A program made the position numbers and the translations under genes. Positions 1 through 10,800 of a stretch of DNA of 64,000 bases are shown one piece after another. The stretch is taken from positions 1-64,000 of the forward strand of contig CAVRJG010000045.1 in NCBI GenBank assembly GCA_963721455.1. The letters are read 5' to 3'. The notes under the pieces are model-generated. The model had not been told where the DNA came from, did no database searches, and was given only the letters and a program-made list of their open reading frames with translations. The stretch comes from an uncultured Methanosarcinaceae archaeon (GTDB lineage: Archaea; Halobacteriota; Methanosarcinia; Methanosarcinales; Methanosarcinaceae). Within the stretch, counting starts at the first letter, position 1; every line of letters starts with the position of its first letter.

Positions 1-110
1 TTCTGACATATTCTATTACCCCGAATGAAGAATCCAGATAAGAATTCCAGATAAGATATTGCCTCTAAGAAATAAAAAAGTATCTCAAAATATAAGGAAG
101 TGTATCTGCA

Positions 111-181
111 AAAATAATCCTGAAAAAAAATCCCTGAAAAACAATCCTGAAAAAAATAATCCTGAAAAATAATCCAGAAAA
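111..181. repeat. Imperfect A-rich tandem repeat, ~14-bp unit (AATAATCCTGAAAA-like), ~5 copies
   Basis: Repeated aatcctgaaaaa/aatccagaaa downstream of the MazG-like gene; T-rich on the minus strand, could double as a terminator. Confidence 0.65.
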
Positions 182-220
182 CCAGGTTCTTCAAGTGAAA
201 ATATTATGTGCTTACCGTAC

Positions 221-508
221 TCAATCCGTACAGATACAGGGCTTCTGCTTGCAGGCAGGACATATGCCAGGGTACTTTTTAAGGAAGGCTTCTTCGAGGT
301 CCACTCCGTAGAGATTGGCAAGTGCCCCTATCCAGGCGAAGCAGTCTGCAAGTTCCTCTTCTATATGTTCAGGCTCTTCCCTGCGGACAGCTTCGGCAAG
401 TTCCCCAACTTCTTCAACCAGCCAGAGCATGGTAGCCTTACCTCCCCTTCTCCGATCATTATGGGCATAGAGTTCATACATAAGTTTCTGGAATCCTGAG
501 ATCTCCAT
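221..508 (-). CDS. MazG-like nucleotide pyrophosphohydrolase
   Basis: EEVGELAEA...EEELAD metal-binding motif of the MazG fold; C-terminal CPAC...C.C. Confidence 0.85.
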   Translation of the reverse strand: MEISGFQKLMYELYAHNDRRRGGKATMLWLVEEVGELAEAVRREEPEHIEEELADCFAWIGALANLYGVDLEEAFLKKYPGICPACKQKPCICTD

Positions 509-646
509 GTTTTCTCTACTCCCATCTTTTTATTCCGGAAAATCTTTTTAGAAACTATAATATTATTTTTTAATATTGTACCATTTTTTTCCTGGCATTT
601 TTTTCCTGGAAGGTATTTTCCTGCCTTCTCCAGCCTTTTCCTGAAC

Positions 647-1468
647 TTAAAGCCTTACAGGAATTTCCCGCCCTCGAAGATACTCTTTAACTTCTCTAAT
701 AGAGTGTTCCCTGAAGTGGAAAATGCTTGCTGCAAGGGCTGCATCGGCTTTTCCTATGGAGAATCCTTCGTAGATGTGCTGAGGGTTTCCGACGCCTCCT
801 GAAGCTATAATCGGGATATCGAGCTCTTCAGAGAGCTTTTTTGTAATCGGCAGGTCGTAGCCTGCATACGTCCCGTCCCTGTCCATACTTGTGAGCAGGA
901 TTTCTCCGGAACCCAGTTCTTCTGCCCTTCTCGCCCACTGTACTGCGTCAATTCCTGTAGCTTCCCTGCCTCCATAGATTACGACCTCATACCAGGCAGG
1001 AGTCCCGTCTTCAAGTTCCAGGACAGTCTTGTCAGGGTTATTCTTTATGTCTTTATTTCGCCTGCAGTCAATAGCAGTAACAATGCACTGGGCTCCGAAT
1101 ATGTCTGAGGACTCTTTGATGAAGTCAGGGTTCTTGACTGCCGAGGTGTTAACTGAGACTTTATCTGCCCCGGCCCTGAGTATCTGGCGGATGGCATCAA
1201 TGGAACTTATTCCTCCTCCAACCGTAAGAGGAATGAAAACCTCGTCTGCAGTCCTTTCAATCACATCGATCATGGTTTCCCTGCAATGAACAGAAGCTGT
1301 GATATCCAGGAAAACAAGTTCGTCTGCGCCCTCTTCATTGTAGCGCTTGGCGAGTTCCACAGGGTCCCCGGCTTCTTTCAGGTCCACAAACTCCACACCC
1401 TTAACAACACAGCCGCCGGCTCTGTCAAGGGTTACATCAAGGCATGGTATGATTCTTTTGGTGAGCAT
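647..1468 (-). CDS. hisF: Imidazole glycerol phosphate synthase cyclase subunit
   Basis: [43 protein letters not shown] motifs. Confidence 0.97.
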   Translation of the reverse strand: MLTKRIIPCLDVTLDRAGGCVVKGVEFVDLKEAGDPVELAKRYNEEGADELVFLDITASVHCRETMIDVIERTADEVFIPLTVGGGISSIDAIRQILRAGADKVSVNTSAVKNPDFIKESSDIFGAQCIVTAIDCRRNKDIKNNPDKTVLELEDGTPAWYEVVIYGGREATGIDAVQWARRAEELGSGEILLTSMDRDGTYAGYDLPITKKLSEELDIPIIASGGVGNPQHIYEGFSIGKADAALAASIFHFREHSIREVKEYLRGREIPVRL

Positions 1469-1661
1469 CTAAGGGATAATGAATTTAGCTGTTATTAAAA
1501 GCTTATCGAAATTAAGCCGGTAACGATCTATCAGGTTTAACCTGATAAAAAGACAGGCAGTACACTATTAAAAAGGATTCAAAAAATAGCTCTCTGCAGG
1601 TAGAGGAATCAAGCTTCTTTGAGTTGAAGTTTCAGGCTAGGAAAAAGGAGTTCTGCGTGCC

Positions 1662-2126
1662 CTAACCGAAAATATTCATCACACGCGCACCTTCAAGTCT
1701 GGACATCTCCACTTCGGAACCTTCAAGCACCTTTTTTCTAATCCTTATCGGAGCCCCTACACGCAGGGCAAGGGCAATACAGTCGCTTGGTCTTGCGTCA
1801 AACTGCATGACACTGTTGTCCTTTCTTATCAGGAGCCGGGCGTAATAGATTTTGTCCACCTTTTCATCAATCAATACGCCCTCAATTTTTATATCTAACC
1901 ATTCGAAAATATTGATCATGAGGTCATGAGCCATGGGACGGGGAGGAGAAACGTTTTTAAGCACGTTTCCTATTGAGAGGGCTTCGAGATGCCCTATGTA
2001 TATGGGAAGCATATTCCCGTCCATATTTTCAAGAAGCACCACAGGGGTAGGGTCTGTAAAAACATCGACTATATAGACATCTTTAACACGAATTTCCTCA
2101 AAGTCCTCATAAATGTCTACGCCCAT
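1662..2126 (-). CDS. Bifunctional nuclease family protein (DUF151)
   Basis: LPIYIG.EA.SI, PRPMAHDL, DARPSDCIALALR motifs; ATG at 2126 preferred over the TTG at 2132. Confidence 0.88.
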   Translation of the reverse strand: MGVDIYEDFEEIRVKDVYIVDVFTDPTPVVLLENMDGNMLPIYIGHLEALSIGNVLKNVSPPRPMAHDLMINIFEWLDIKIEGVLIDEKVDKIYYARLLIRKDNSVMQFDARPSDCIALALRVGAPIRIRKKVLEGSEVEMSRLEGARVMNIFG

Positions 2127-2240
2127 ACTCAATAGATAATTTCACACTTATTAATACCTTATTTAATTCTTTCATATTTATTAAAAGCGATGCTTACAGC
2201 TTTGCTTCAGGCATTTTTCGTCTCTGAACTTATTACACTC

Positions 2241-2979
2241 TCAGCCTTTTCGAAAGCCATATTTGCCAATAAGGGGTACGAAAACAACCCCACCTTTTTT
2301 CTTTTTGTGTATATTGCCCTCACTATCTTTTTCTACTTTGATAAGTTCCTGTGGATAAGTTCCCTACAGGAATAACCAGTATACCTCCAGGCTTCAACTG
2401 TTCCAGCAGAGGTTCAGGGATATAGGGCGCTGCGCATGTTACAACTATCCTGTCATAAGGAGCATACTGGGAATAACCCATTGATCCGTCTTCAAGTAAC
2501 ACTGTAATGTTATCGTAGCCTGCTTCTTTCAGGTTATCTTTTGCAAAATTCACAAGGGACTCTATTCGTTCCACCGTGTACACATGTCCGCTTTTTCCTA
2601 CGAGTTCCCCCATCACTGCAGCATGATATCCGGAACCTGACCCTATTTCCAGGACTTTCTGCCCTTCAGACAGCTCAAGGAGTTCACACATGATAGCAAC
2701 CATATGAGGGGCAGATATGGTTTGTCCGTGGCCTATGTCCAGAGGGGTGTCGATATAAGCTGCTCTTTGTTCATATTTAGGGACAAACTTATGCCTGGGA
2801 ACACGGAGCATGGCCTCAAGGACTTTTTCTTCCAGTATGTTAAACTCAAGCTCTTTCACGAGGCGCTTGCGCAGTTCTTCGAATTCTTTCTCCTTTTTTT
2901 CTCCGGTTTTAGAATTCTCTTCACCACGGTCCTCTTCGGAAATCACGCTGACCTGAACCTTCCCCTCTCTTTCTGGCAA
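2241..2979 (-). pseudogene. pcm: Protein-L-isoaspartate O-methyltransferase, +1 frameshift near 2360
   Basis: [32 protein letters not shown] motifs. The track ORF ends aberrantly ([13 protein letters not shown]); the canonical tail [14 protein letters not shown]...[14 protein letters not shown] continues in another frame to TGA at 2241-2243. Real mutation or sequencing error cannot be distinguished here. Confidence 0.8.
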
Positions 2980-3556
2980 AAATTCTTTTTACGTATTTTG
3001 CAGGCACAACATCGCCTTTTCTGGACCTGAATGCCCCATCTCTCACCTTAATTTTGGTGATGAAAAGGCTTGTTTTTCCCACTCTTTCTTCCGCTCCAAC
3101 AGTAAACTCATAGTCTCCGGAAACACGCTTCTCGAAAACCTCTGTTTTTTCAACGCCGGACTGCGCAGAAAATTTTACAGTTACCTCATCAATGGCTCTG
3201 CCCCATATTGTATCGACGCCTTCTGCCTTAGCCGATTGAAGTCGTTTATCTCCTGCTTCAAGGGCAGTAATCAGGATAGGAACCACTACTCCTGTTTCCT
3301 CGTCGTCTATAACCAGCTCGTCGTCTACCTGAAGGACAGTCTCGGAATCCAGTTCAGTTTTATAGGTATTTGAAATATCCATCTTGCTGACTATAACCTT
3401 CAAACTGACTGCTTTTGGGGTTTCTATCTTCGCTGCATGTACCTGTCCGCACTCAAGACAGCGGACTAGCGGGCTCTGCCCTTCTTTCAGAACTGCATGC
3501 CCTACTTCTTCTTCCGGGGAACATGAGGGACATTTAACTTCAATTTCTCTTATCAT
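2921..3556 (-). CDS. Archaeal zinc-finger protein (HVO_0476-like family)
   Basis: N-terminal CPSC...H..LK...[10 protein letters not shown]; 3' end overlaps the pcm start region; ATG at 3556 chosen. Confidence 0.75.
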   Translation of the reverse strand: MIREIEVKCPSCSPEEEVGHAVLKEGQSPLVRCLECGQVHAAKIETPKAVSLKVIVSKMDISNTYKTELDSETVLQVDDELVIDDEETGVVVPILITALEAGDKRLQSAKAEGVDTIWGRAIDEVTVKFSAQSGVEKTEVFEKRVSGDYEFTVGAEERVGKTSLFITKIKVRDGAFRSRKGDVVPAKYVKRIFARKRGEGSGQRDFRRGPW

Positions 3557-3862
3557 GGTCTGATCAATAGATGGATTCAAAATACTAAATACTTAACTTC
3601 TCCGGTGGTGTTTTTTCTGGAGGTGTTCTGAAGGAAGAACTGGAGCAAAAAAGGTTTCAGGAAAGTAAAAGTAAAAGCACAAGTAAAATTTACAGGATTT
3701 ATGGCTAACTATTTTTTTCTTTCCAGAGGCAATTTCGTTCAATGGCCTTTTCAGATTGTTTTGAGTTCTTCAACCGGAGCTGAAGGTGCGCACCTGGCTC
3801 CTACCCCTCTTCCGTTCTGTCTTGTTATCAAAAGTTTTATTATAACGAAATGCATAGTCTAA

Positions 3863-3898
3863 CATCTCATTATTGAGATGCATCTCAAAATTAAGATA
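3863..3898. promoter_or_regulatory. Tandem 18-bp palindromic operator, likely RbkR autoregulatory site
   Basis: CATCTCA-TTAT-TGAGATG (3863-3880) directly followed by CATCTCA-AAAT-TAAGATA (3881-3898), between a TATA-like TTTTATTATAA (3835-3845) and the GTG start. Confidence 0.65.
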
Positions 3899-3899
3899 G

Positions 3900-4586
3900 G
3901 TGCTGACAGTGCCGGACATTGAACACCTGAAGAAACTTGCACTTATTGGAGCAGTAAACAAAACCATTAAGGTATCTTCGAATGAGTTTCAAAAGCATAC
4001 CGGGGCAAGCTCAAAAACCGCAGCAAGAAAACTAAAACAGCTGGAAGAAGAGGGGCTGATCGAGAGAAAGATCGTCTCAGGTGGCCAGTTGATAAAAATG
4101 ACCGAAAAAGGGATTGAAATTCTTAAAAGCGAATATCTAGAGTACAGCAGGATCTTTTCTCCGGAATCTGATATTTTAGAGCTTGAGGGAAAGGTGCTTA
4201 AGGGTCTGGGCGAAGGCCAGTATTATGTCAATATACCCGGATACAGGAAGCAATTTGAGGAAAAATTACGTTTCGAACCTTTCCCCGGAACTCTGAATGT
4301 GCAGCTTTCCGAAAACAGTTCGGCTCTTCGAAATCTGTTACGTGAAATGCCGGCTGTCCGGATAGAAGGCTTCAATGACGGAGAACGCACTTTCGGAGGC
4401 GGGAAATGTTACCCGGTTATTATCGGCGGTATAGAAGCTGCCGTAGTCGCCCCTGAGAGAACACACTACCCGTCAGATTTGATTGAGATTATTGCACCGG
4501 TAAAGTTAAGGGATGCCCTGGGATTGAACGACGGAGACAGAGTTGTGATACAGGTAAAAAATCAGGGTATGGAGAGCCAAAAATGA
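3900..4586 (+). CDS. ribK: Winged-HTH/CTP-dependent riboflavin kinase fusion (RbkR type)
   Basis: N-terminal HTH, then GLGEGQYY, PFPGTLN, PERTHYP, EIIAPVKLR motifs of archaeal riboflavin kinase. Confidence 0.92.
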   Translation: MLTVPDIEHLKKLALIGAVNKTIKVSSNEFQKHTGASSKTAARKLKQLEEEGLIERKIVSGGQLIKMTEKGIEILKSEYLEYSRIFSPESDILELEGKVLKGLGEGQYYVNIPGYRKQFEEKLRFEPFPGTLNVQLSENSSALRNLLREMPAVRIEGFNDGERTFGGGKCYPVIIGGIEAAVVAPERTHYPSDLIEIIAPVKLRDALGLNDGDRVVIQVKNQGMESQK

Positions 4587-5323
4587 GCGGAAGTACGGTT
4601 TACGATTGTCTTACGTATAGAAATGAGAATATCAACCTGGCGCTGGAAGCCCTGCGGGCCGGAAAAATGATCCAGATTTACGATTCGGACTCCAGGGAAG
4701 GGGAAACTGACCTTGTAATTCCTGCAAAAGCGGTAACCTGCAAAGATGTGAAATGGATGCGAAAAGATGCAGGCGGCCTTATCTGTGTGGCAGTTGACCC
4801 TGTGGCATCAAAACAACTCAGGCTGCCTTTCATGGCAGAACTCGTCCGGGAAGCCAGCAAAAACAGTGACGTTCTTGAGGAAGTGGTGGAAAAGGACGGA
4901 GACCTGAAATATGACTCTCATTCTTCCTTTTCTCTCTGGGTCAATCACAGAGATACCAGAACCGGAATCCCTGATAATGAAAGAGCCCTTACTATCCGGA
5001 AAATAGGGGAAATCACAGAAAAAAACCTTTCCGGGGATAAAATCCATTTCGGGAACGAATTCAGAACTCCTGGACACGTTGCACTGCTGAGAGCCGCAGA
5101 AGGGCTTCTGGACGAGCGCAAGGGGCAGACAGAACTATCAGTTGCTCTTGCCCGCATGGCAGGAATTACCCCTGCGATGGTAGTCTGCGAGATGCTGGAC
5201 GATTATAATGGCAAGGCTCTTTCCAAAGAGAATGCAAAGGAATACGGCAAAGAACACGGGCTTATATTTCTGGAAGGGCAGGAAATTCTAGAAGCTTATA
5301 TGACATGGGCAGGCTCAGAATAA
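4583..5323 (+). CDS. ribB: 3,4-dihydroxy-2-butanone 4-phosphate synthase
   Basis: DSDSREGETD, TGIPDNERALTI, FRTPGHV, GQTELSV, VCEML; ATGA overlap with ribK. Confidence 0.95.
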   Translation: MSGSTVYDCLTYRNENINLALEALRAGKMIQIYDSDSREGETDLVIPAKAVTCKDVKWMRKDAGGLICVAVDPVASKQLRLPFMAELVREASKNSDVLEEVVEKDGDLKYDSHSSFSLWVNHRDTRTGIPDNERALTIRKIGEITEKNLSGDKIHFGNEFRTPGHVALLRAAEGLLDERKGQTELSVALARMAGITPAMVVCEMLDDYNGKALSKENAKEYGKEHGLIFLEGQEILEAYMTWAGSE

Positions 5324-5534
5324 ATAACAGTTCTTCTTTTCTTCCGCTTTTTTTCAGTTTTATTTTTTTCCTGCTTCTGATTTTTTTATCCATTTTTAAA
5401 ACGCAGAATTTTATATAAAAGATAAGTTAGAATATCATTGAGAGCTTCTTGATAGCTTTCAACCGTATTAATTCTTTTTAATCCACCGCTTTGTATCCGG
5501 TTTCGTACGGTTCGATGTAAGGGGGGTCAGATTT

Positions 5535-6431
5535 GTGTTACAGAGATTTAGAAAAATCCAGCGAGTTCTTATCTACGTGCTATTTCTGAACCTTGCCGTT
5601 GCATTTTCCAAGATCATTTACGGAAATCTAACCAGCACATTAAGCATGATTGCAGACGGATATCATTCCCTTTTTGACGGGGTTTCCAACATTATCGGAC
5701 TGGCTGGGAGCTTCATCGCATCCCGCCCGCCTGACAGCGTTCATCCTTACGGGCACCAGAAATACGAAACAGTAGCCTCCATTTTTATCGCATTACTGCT
5801 TATCTTTGTGGGCGTTGAGATTTTCCGGAACGCTCTCAATCGTTTCCTTGTCCAGAGCACGCCAGAGGTTACAGATGTGAGTTATCTCGTAATGTTCGGG
5901 ACAATATGCATTAACTACCTGGTCACGCGATATGAGCATAGACAGGGCGTTTCTCTGAGGAGCCAGGTGCTTATAGCGGACTCCATGCATACGAAAAGCG
6001 ATATTTACGTATCTCTTTCGGTTATAGTAAGCCTGGTTGCCATAAATTTAGGTTTTTCGATCATGGACCCTTTCGTCGCCCTGATGATCGCTTTTCTAAT
6101 TTTCAGGGCAGGATACAGGATTATAAAAGAAAGTTCAAAGTCCCTTCTGGATATGTCCAGGATTGAAGAGAAAGAAATTTGCGACCTGGTTATGGGAATT
6201 GAAGGGGTAAAGGGCTGCCACAGGATTCGGACCCGCGGAAGCATGGGAGATATTAAAGTCGATATGCACCTGCTTGTCAGGTCTGACATGCCTCTTGAAG
6301 ACGCACACCTTATAGCTCACAGGGTCAGCAAAAAGCTGAAGGGCGAATACAAAGATATCTCTGATGTAGTTGTACATCTTGAACCCTCCCCAAAACAACC
6401 CCAAGGATCAAATAGCAAAAAAACCAGTTAA
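5535..6431 (+). CDS. Cation diffusion facilitator family transporter
   Basis: [28 protein letters not shown]-terminal HLEP. Confidence 0.92.
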   Translation: MLQRFRKIQRVLIYVLFLNLAVAFSKIIYGNLTSTLSMIADGYHSLFDGVSNIIGLAGSFIASRPPDSVHPYGHQKYETVASIFIALLLIFVGVEIFRNALNRFLVQSTPEVTDVSYLVMFGTICINYLVTRYEHRQGVSLRSQVLIADSMHTKSDIYVSLSVIVSLVAINLGFSIMDPFVALMIAFLIFRAGYRIIKESSKSLLDMSRIEEKEICDLVMGIEGVKGCHRIRTRGSMGDIKVDMHLLVRSDMPLEDAHLIAHRVSKKLKGEYKDISDVVVHLEPSPKQPQGSNSKKTS

Positions 6432-6436
6432 GATGC

Positions 6437-7534
6437 ATGGCTGGAAACGTTTTCGGGCAGATGTTTCGAATTACCACATGGGGCGAATCTCACGGCAGGG
6501 CTGTGGGTGTCGTGGTAGACGGATTGCCTGCAGGGCTCCCTTTCTCAGAGTCTGACATCCAGAAAGAGCTGGACAGAAGGCGCCCGGGACAGAGTGAAGT
6601 CTCCACACCGAGAAAAGAGGCTGACAGGGTGGAGATACTTTCCGGAATTTTCGAAGGCATGAGTACAGGCACTCCTGTTTCCATGCTGGTCTGGAACTCG
6701 GATGCGCGGTCTTCGGCTTATGATGCTATCAAAGATACTCCCCGTCCCGGACATGCCGATTTTACATACATAGCTCGCTACGGAATGAGGGACCACCGCG
6801 GAGGGGGCAGGTCTTCGGCACGCGAAACAATAGGCAGGGTTGCAGGCGGTGCTCTGGCAAAGCTTTTGCTTTCTCATTCCGGAATCCGGATAGCAGGGCA
6901 TGTGCTCGAACTCGGCGGAATCCGGGCAAAACCCCTCTCTTTTGAAGAAATCCTCGAAAACGTGGAAAAAACCCCTGTGCGCTGTGCCGATCTCGAAGCT
7001 GCTGAAATAATGCTTGAAAAAGTTGCAGCCCTGCGGCAGGAAGGAGACAGCGTTGGAGGCATTGTAGAGGTTATTGCAAAAGGCGTGCCCTCAGGTCTTG
7101 GAGAACCTGTTTTTGACAGGCTTGATGCAGACCTTGCAAAGGCCCTTATGAGCATCCCCGCAGTCAAAGGCTTTGAAATCGGAGCAGGGTTTGAAGCCGC
7201 CCGCCTGCGCGGAAGTGAAATGAATGATCCGTTCCGGATTGAAGAAGGAAATATAACCTGTTTGAGCAATAATGCCGGCGGCATCCTCGGAGGAATTTCA
7301 ACAGGTCTGGATATCGTCTGCAGGGCAGCCGTAAAACCAACCCCTTCCATAGGAAAAGTTCAGCAAACGGTTGACCTTGCAGCCAGAGAAAACACTGAAA
7401 TCACGATCAAAGGAAGGCATGATCCTACAATCCCTCCGCGCATGGTACCGGTTGCCGAAGCCATGGTTGCCCTTGTGCTTGCCGACCATATGCTAAGAAG
7501 CGGCTTTATTAATCCCAGGACTCTGCTGGAATAA
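6437..7534 (+). CDS. aroC: Chorismate synthase
   Basis: [40 protein letters not shown]. Confidence 0.97.
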   Translation: MAGNVFGQMFRITTWGESHGRAVGVVVDGLPAGLPFSESDIQKELDRRRPGQSEVSTPRKEADRVEILSGIFEGMSTGTPVSMLVWNSDARSSAYDAIKDTPRPGHADFTYIARYGMRDHRGGGRSSARETIGRVAGGALAKLLLSHSGIRIAGHVLELGGIRAKPLSFEEILENVEKTPVRCADLEAAEIMLEKVAALRQEGDSVGGIVEVIAKGVPSGLGEPVFDRLDADLAKALMSIPAVKGFEIGAGFEAARLRGSEMNDPFRIEEGNITCLSNNAGGILGGISTGLDIVCRAAVKPTPSIGKVQQTVDLAARENTEITIKGRHDPTIPPRMVPVAEAMVALVLADHMLRSGFINPRTLLE

Positions 7535-7829
7535 ATAGATGCGATTCAATTACTATATGCCCAAATCGGATAATCGTTGTAGATTCGATAAAACGTATAT
7601 AGATGACAAAATAAATAGAAGAAAATTAATATTCATTTGTCATATGGCTAGCATAGCATTGTGAGCTGTCACCTCTCCCGCCAATAAAGTTTTTGATTCT
7701 TCCAAATAGGGTTATGCACAGGATTTTTTAAGTGAAAGTCTAGTTATGAAGCACGGGAAGGTAAGACCGCACACTATAGAGACAACGGAATTTTTGCCCT
7801 ATACATCCTCAAGAGGAGAAGATTTTGGA

Positions 7830-10800
7830 ATGAGAGAAAGCCTGAGGAAATCTGGCATTGATATAATTGGAGATGTGCCCTGGGGAACGCACTTTTGTCA
7901 ATTCTATCAAACAAAAAAAGATTTAGTGGACATACTGGTTCCTTACTTCAAAGCAGGGCTGGAAAATAATGAGCTTTGTGTGTGGATCACATCACAACCT
8001 CTGGAAGTAGAAGAGGCAAAAGAAGCCCTTCGAAAGGCTGTTCCTGATATTGATGTTTATCTGGAAAAAGGGCAAATGGAAATTATCCCTTACACTCAAG
8101 GGTATATGAAAGAAAGTATTTTCGATCCGGACAAAGTAGCAAATAGTTGGGTTGAAAAAATCGATCAGGTTCTGGCAAGGGGCTATGATGGACTGAGGGC
8201 TACAGGGGACAATCGCTGGCTGGAAAAAGAAGGTTGGGATGATTTTGTTGATTACGAGAATAAAGTGGATGCTATTATCGACAAACACCACGTGATAGCT
8301 CTATGCCCATATTATCTCGATATGTGCAGCACAGCCGAGATTATTGATGTAATCTCCAACCATCAATTTGCCTTGATCAAAAGGGAAGGAAAATGGGAGC
8401 GGATAGAAAATTCCGGAAGGAAGAGGGCGGAAAAAGAAGCTATTCAGGCTGCAAAAAATTGGAAATATACCTTTGATGCTGTGCCAGACCTTGTAGCCAT
8501 AATCGACGATGAGTGTCGGATTGTTCGCGCAAACAGAGCCATGACGGCAAGATTGGGGGTGAAACCGGAAGAGTGCGTAGGGTTAACCTGCTATCGTGTT
8601 ATCCATGGGACAGACAAACCGCCCTCTTTTTGCCCGCACAGGCAGTTGCTTGAAGATGGGGCTGAGCATACCACAGAAGTTTGCGAAGATCGTCTTGGTG
8701 GTTATTTCGCGGTAAGCACCACGCCATTACATGATTCGGAAGGAAAACTCATCGGGAGTGTTTATGTCGCCCGTGATATCAACGAACGCAAAAAAGTTGA
8801 AGAGAGGCTTAAAGAGAGCGAAGAAAAATACCGCAATATCGTAGAAACCGCCAATGAAGGTATATTGAGAATTGACGCTGAAGTCAGGATTACTTACGCG
8901 AATAAGAAAATTACCGAGATGCTCGGATATAGTCTGGAGGAGCTTATTGGCAGATTTTTATGGGACTTTGCCGATGAAGAAGGTGGGGCTATCCTCAAAA
9001 TGAATATGGAAAAGAGGCGGCAGGGTATCAATGAGGTCTATGAACTTAAATTAATATGTAAGGATGGCTCTCCCTTATGGGCACTCATAAGTGCTAAAGC
9101 CTTTTTCAATAAGGAAGGCGAGTTTACAGGCTCCCTGGGCATGTTCACTGACATCACCAAGCGCAAGCAGACAGAAGAGGGTCTTCTCCAGTCGGAGCAA
9201 CATTATCGACTTTTATATGAGACCATGCTTCAAGGTGTGGTCTACCAAGATGCCAGCGGTAAGATAATCTCCATGAATCCCGCAGCCGAGAAGATTCTTG
9301 GCAAGACTTCAGCTGAGTTCTTGGGCAGTTCTTCTGTGGGGGAGGAGTACCTTACTATCCGAGAGAACGGCTCTATATTCTCTGGACTCGAGCATCCAGC
9401 TATGGTATCCCTGCGAACAGGAAGGGAAGTGAAAGATGTTGTGATGGGAGTTTACAATCCTCGGGAGAACTGCTACCGCTGGATAAACATTAATGCTGTG
9501 CCCATTTTCCGGACTGGAGAAGACAAGCCCTTCCAGGTATACACCCTGTTTGATGATATCACCGAACGCAAGCAAGAAGAGCACAGAATACGCAGATACA
9601 ACCGTATTCTTGAGGGGATTAATCGGATCTTCAGCAATGTGGTGCAGGCAAAAACCGAAGAAGAACTGGGAAATGCCTGTCTATATGTAGCCCTGGAAGT
9701 GACCGGCAGCCAGTTTGGTTTCATTAATGAGATGGGCACTGACGGGCTGCTGCACGATGTTGCAAAAAGCGAGATGGGATGGGAACAGTGCTTTATGTAC
9801 GACAAGACAGGGCATCGTCGTCCCCCTAGCGATTTTGTTGTCCATGGCCTGTACGGCAGTGTCATTATCAACGAGAAAAGCTTCTTTACAAACGATCCAC
9901 TGTCACATCCCGACAGCATTGGCTTGCCTGAAGGCCACCCTCCACTCACGTCATTTCTAGGTGTGCCTCTTGTCCAGGACGGGAAAACGATTGGGTTGAT
10001 CGCGGTCGCAAACCATGAAGGCGGCTATATCTGCGAGCAGCAGGAGGATCTTGAAGCTATCGCACCGGCGGTGACGCAGGCTCTACAGAGGAAGAGATCG
10101 GAAGAGGCTCTCAGATTATCAAATATTTATAATCGTAGCCTTATTGAAGCCAGTCTGGATCCTCTAGTAACTATCGGGCCTGATGGGAAGATTACTGACG
10201 TAAATGGCGCTACAGAACTGATTACCGGATATTCTAGAAATGATTTGATTGGGACTGATTTTTCAGATTATTTCACTGAGCCTGAGAAAGCCCGTAAAGG
10301 ATATCAGCAGGTATTCACAAATAGCGAAGTTCGGGATTATCCTCTAGAGATTCAGCATAAAGACGAACATATAACTCCTGTTCTGTATAATGCTTCAGTC
10401 TATAGAAACGAGAATGATGAGATTATTGGGGTTTTTGCTGCAGCGCGCGATATTACTGAACTTAAAAATGCAGAAGAAGCTCTAAAAAAAGCACATGAAA
10501 ATCTAGAAGAAAAAGTTAAAGCGCGTACTTCTGAGCTTGAAGAAGCTTACAACTCGTTGAAAGAAAGCGAAAAAGGTCTTGCTGAAGCTCAAAAGATGGC
10601 TCATATTGGAAATTGGGATTGGGATCTTGTAACTGGTGAAACATACTGGTCTGAGGAATTATATCGTATTTACGGACGTAATCCTCAAGAATCAGGCGCA
10701 ACTTACGATGAACTTTTAAATTATATACACCCCGACGATCGAGAATATGTGGATAATGCTATCAAGAAATCTTTCAACGGAAAGCCCTCTGGCATTGATT

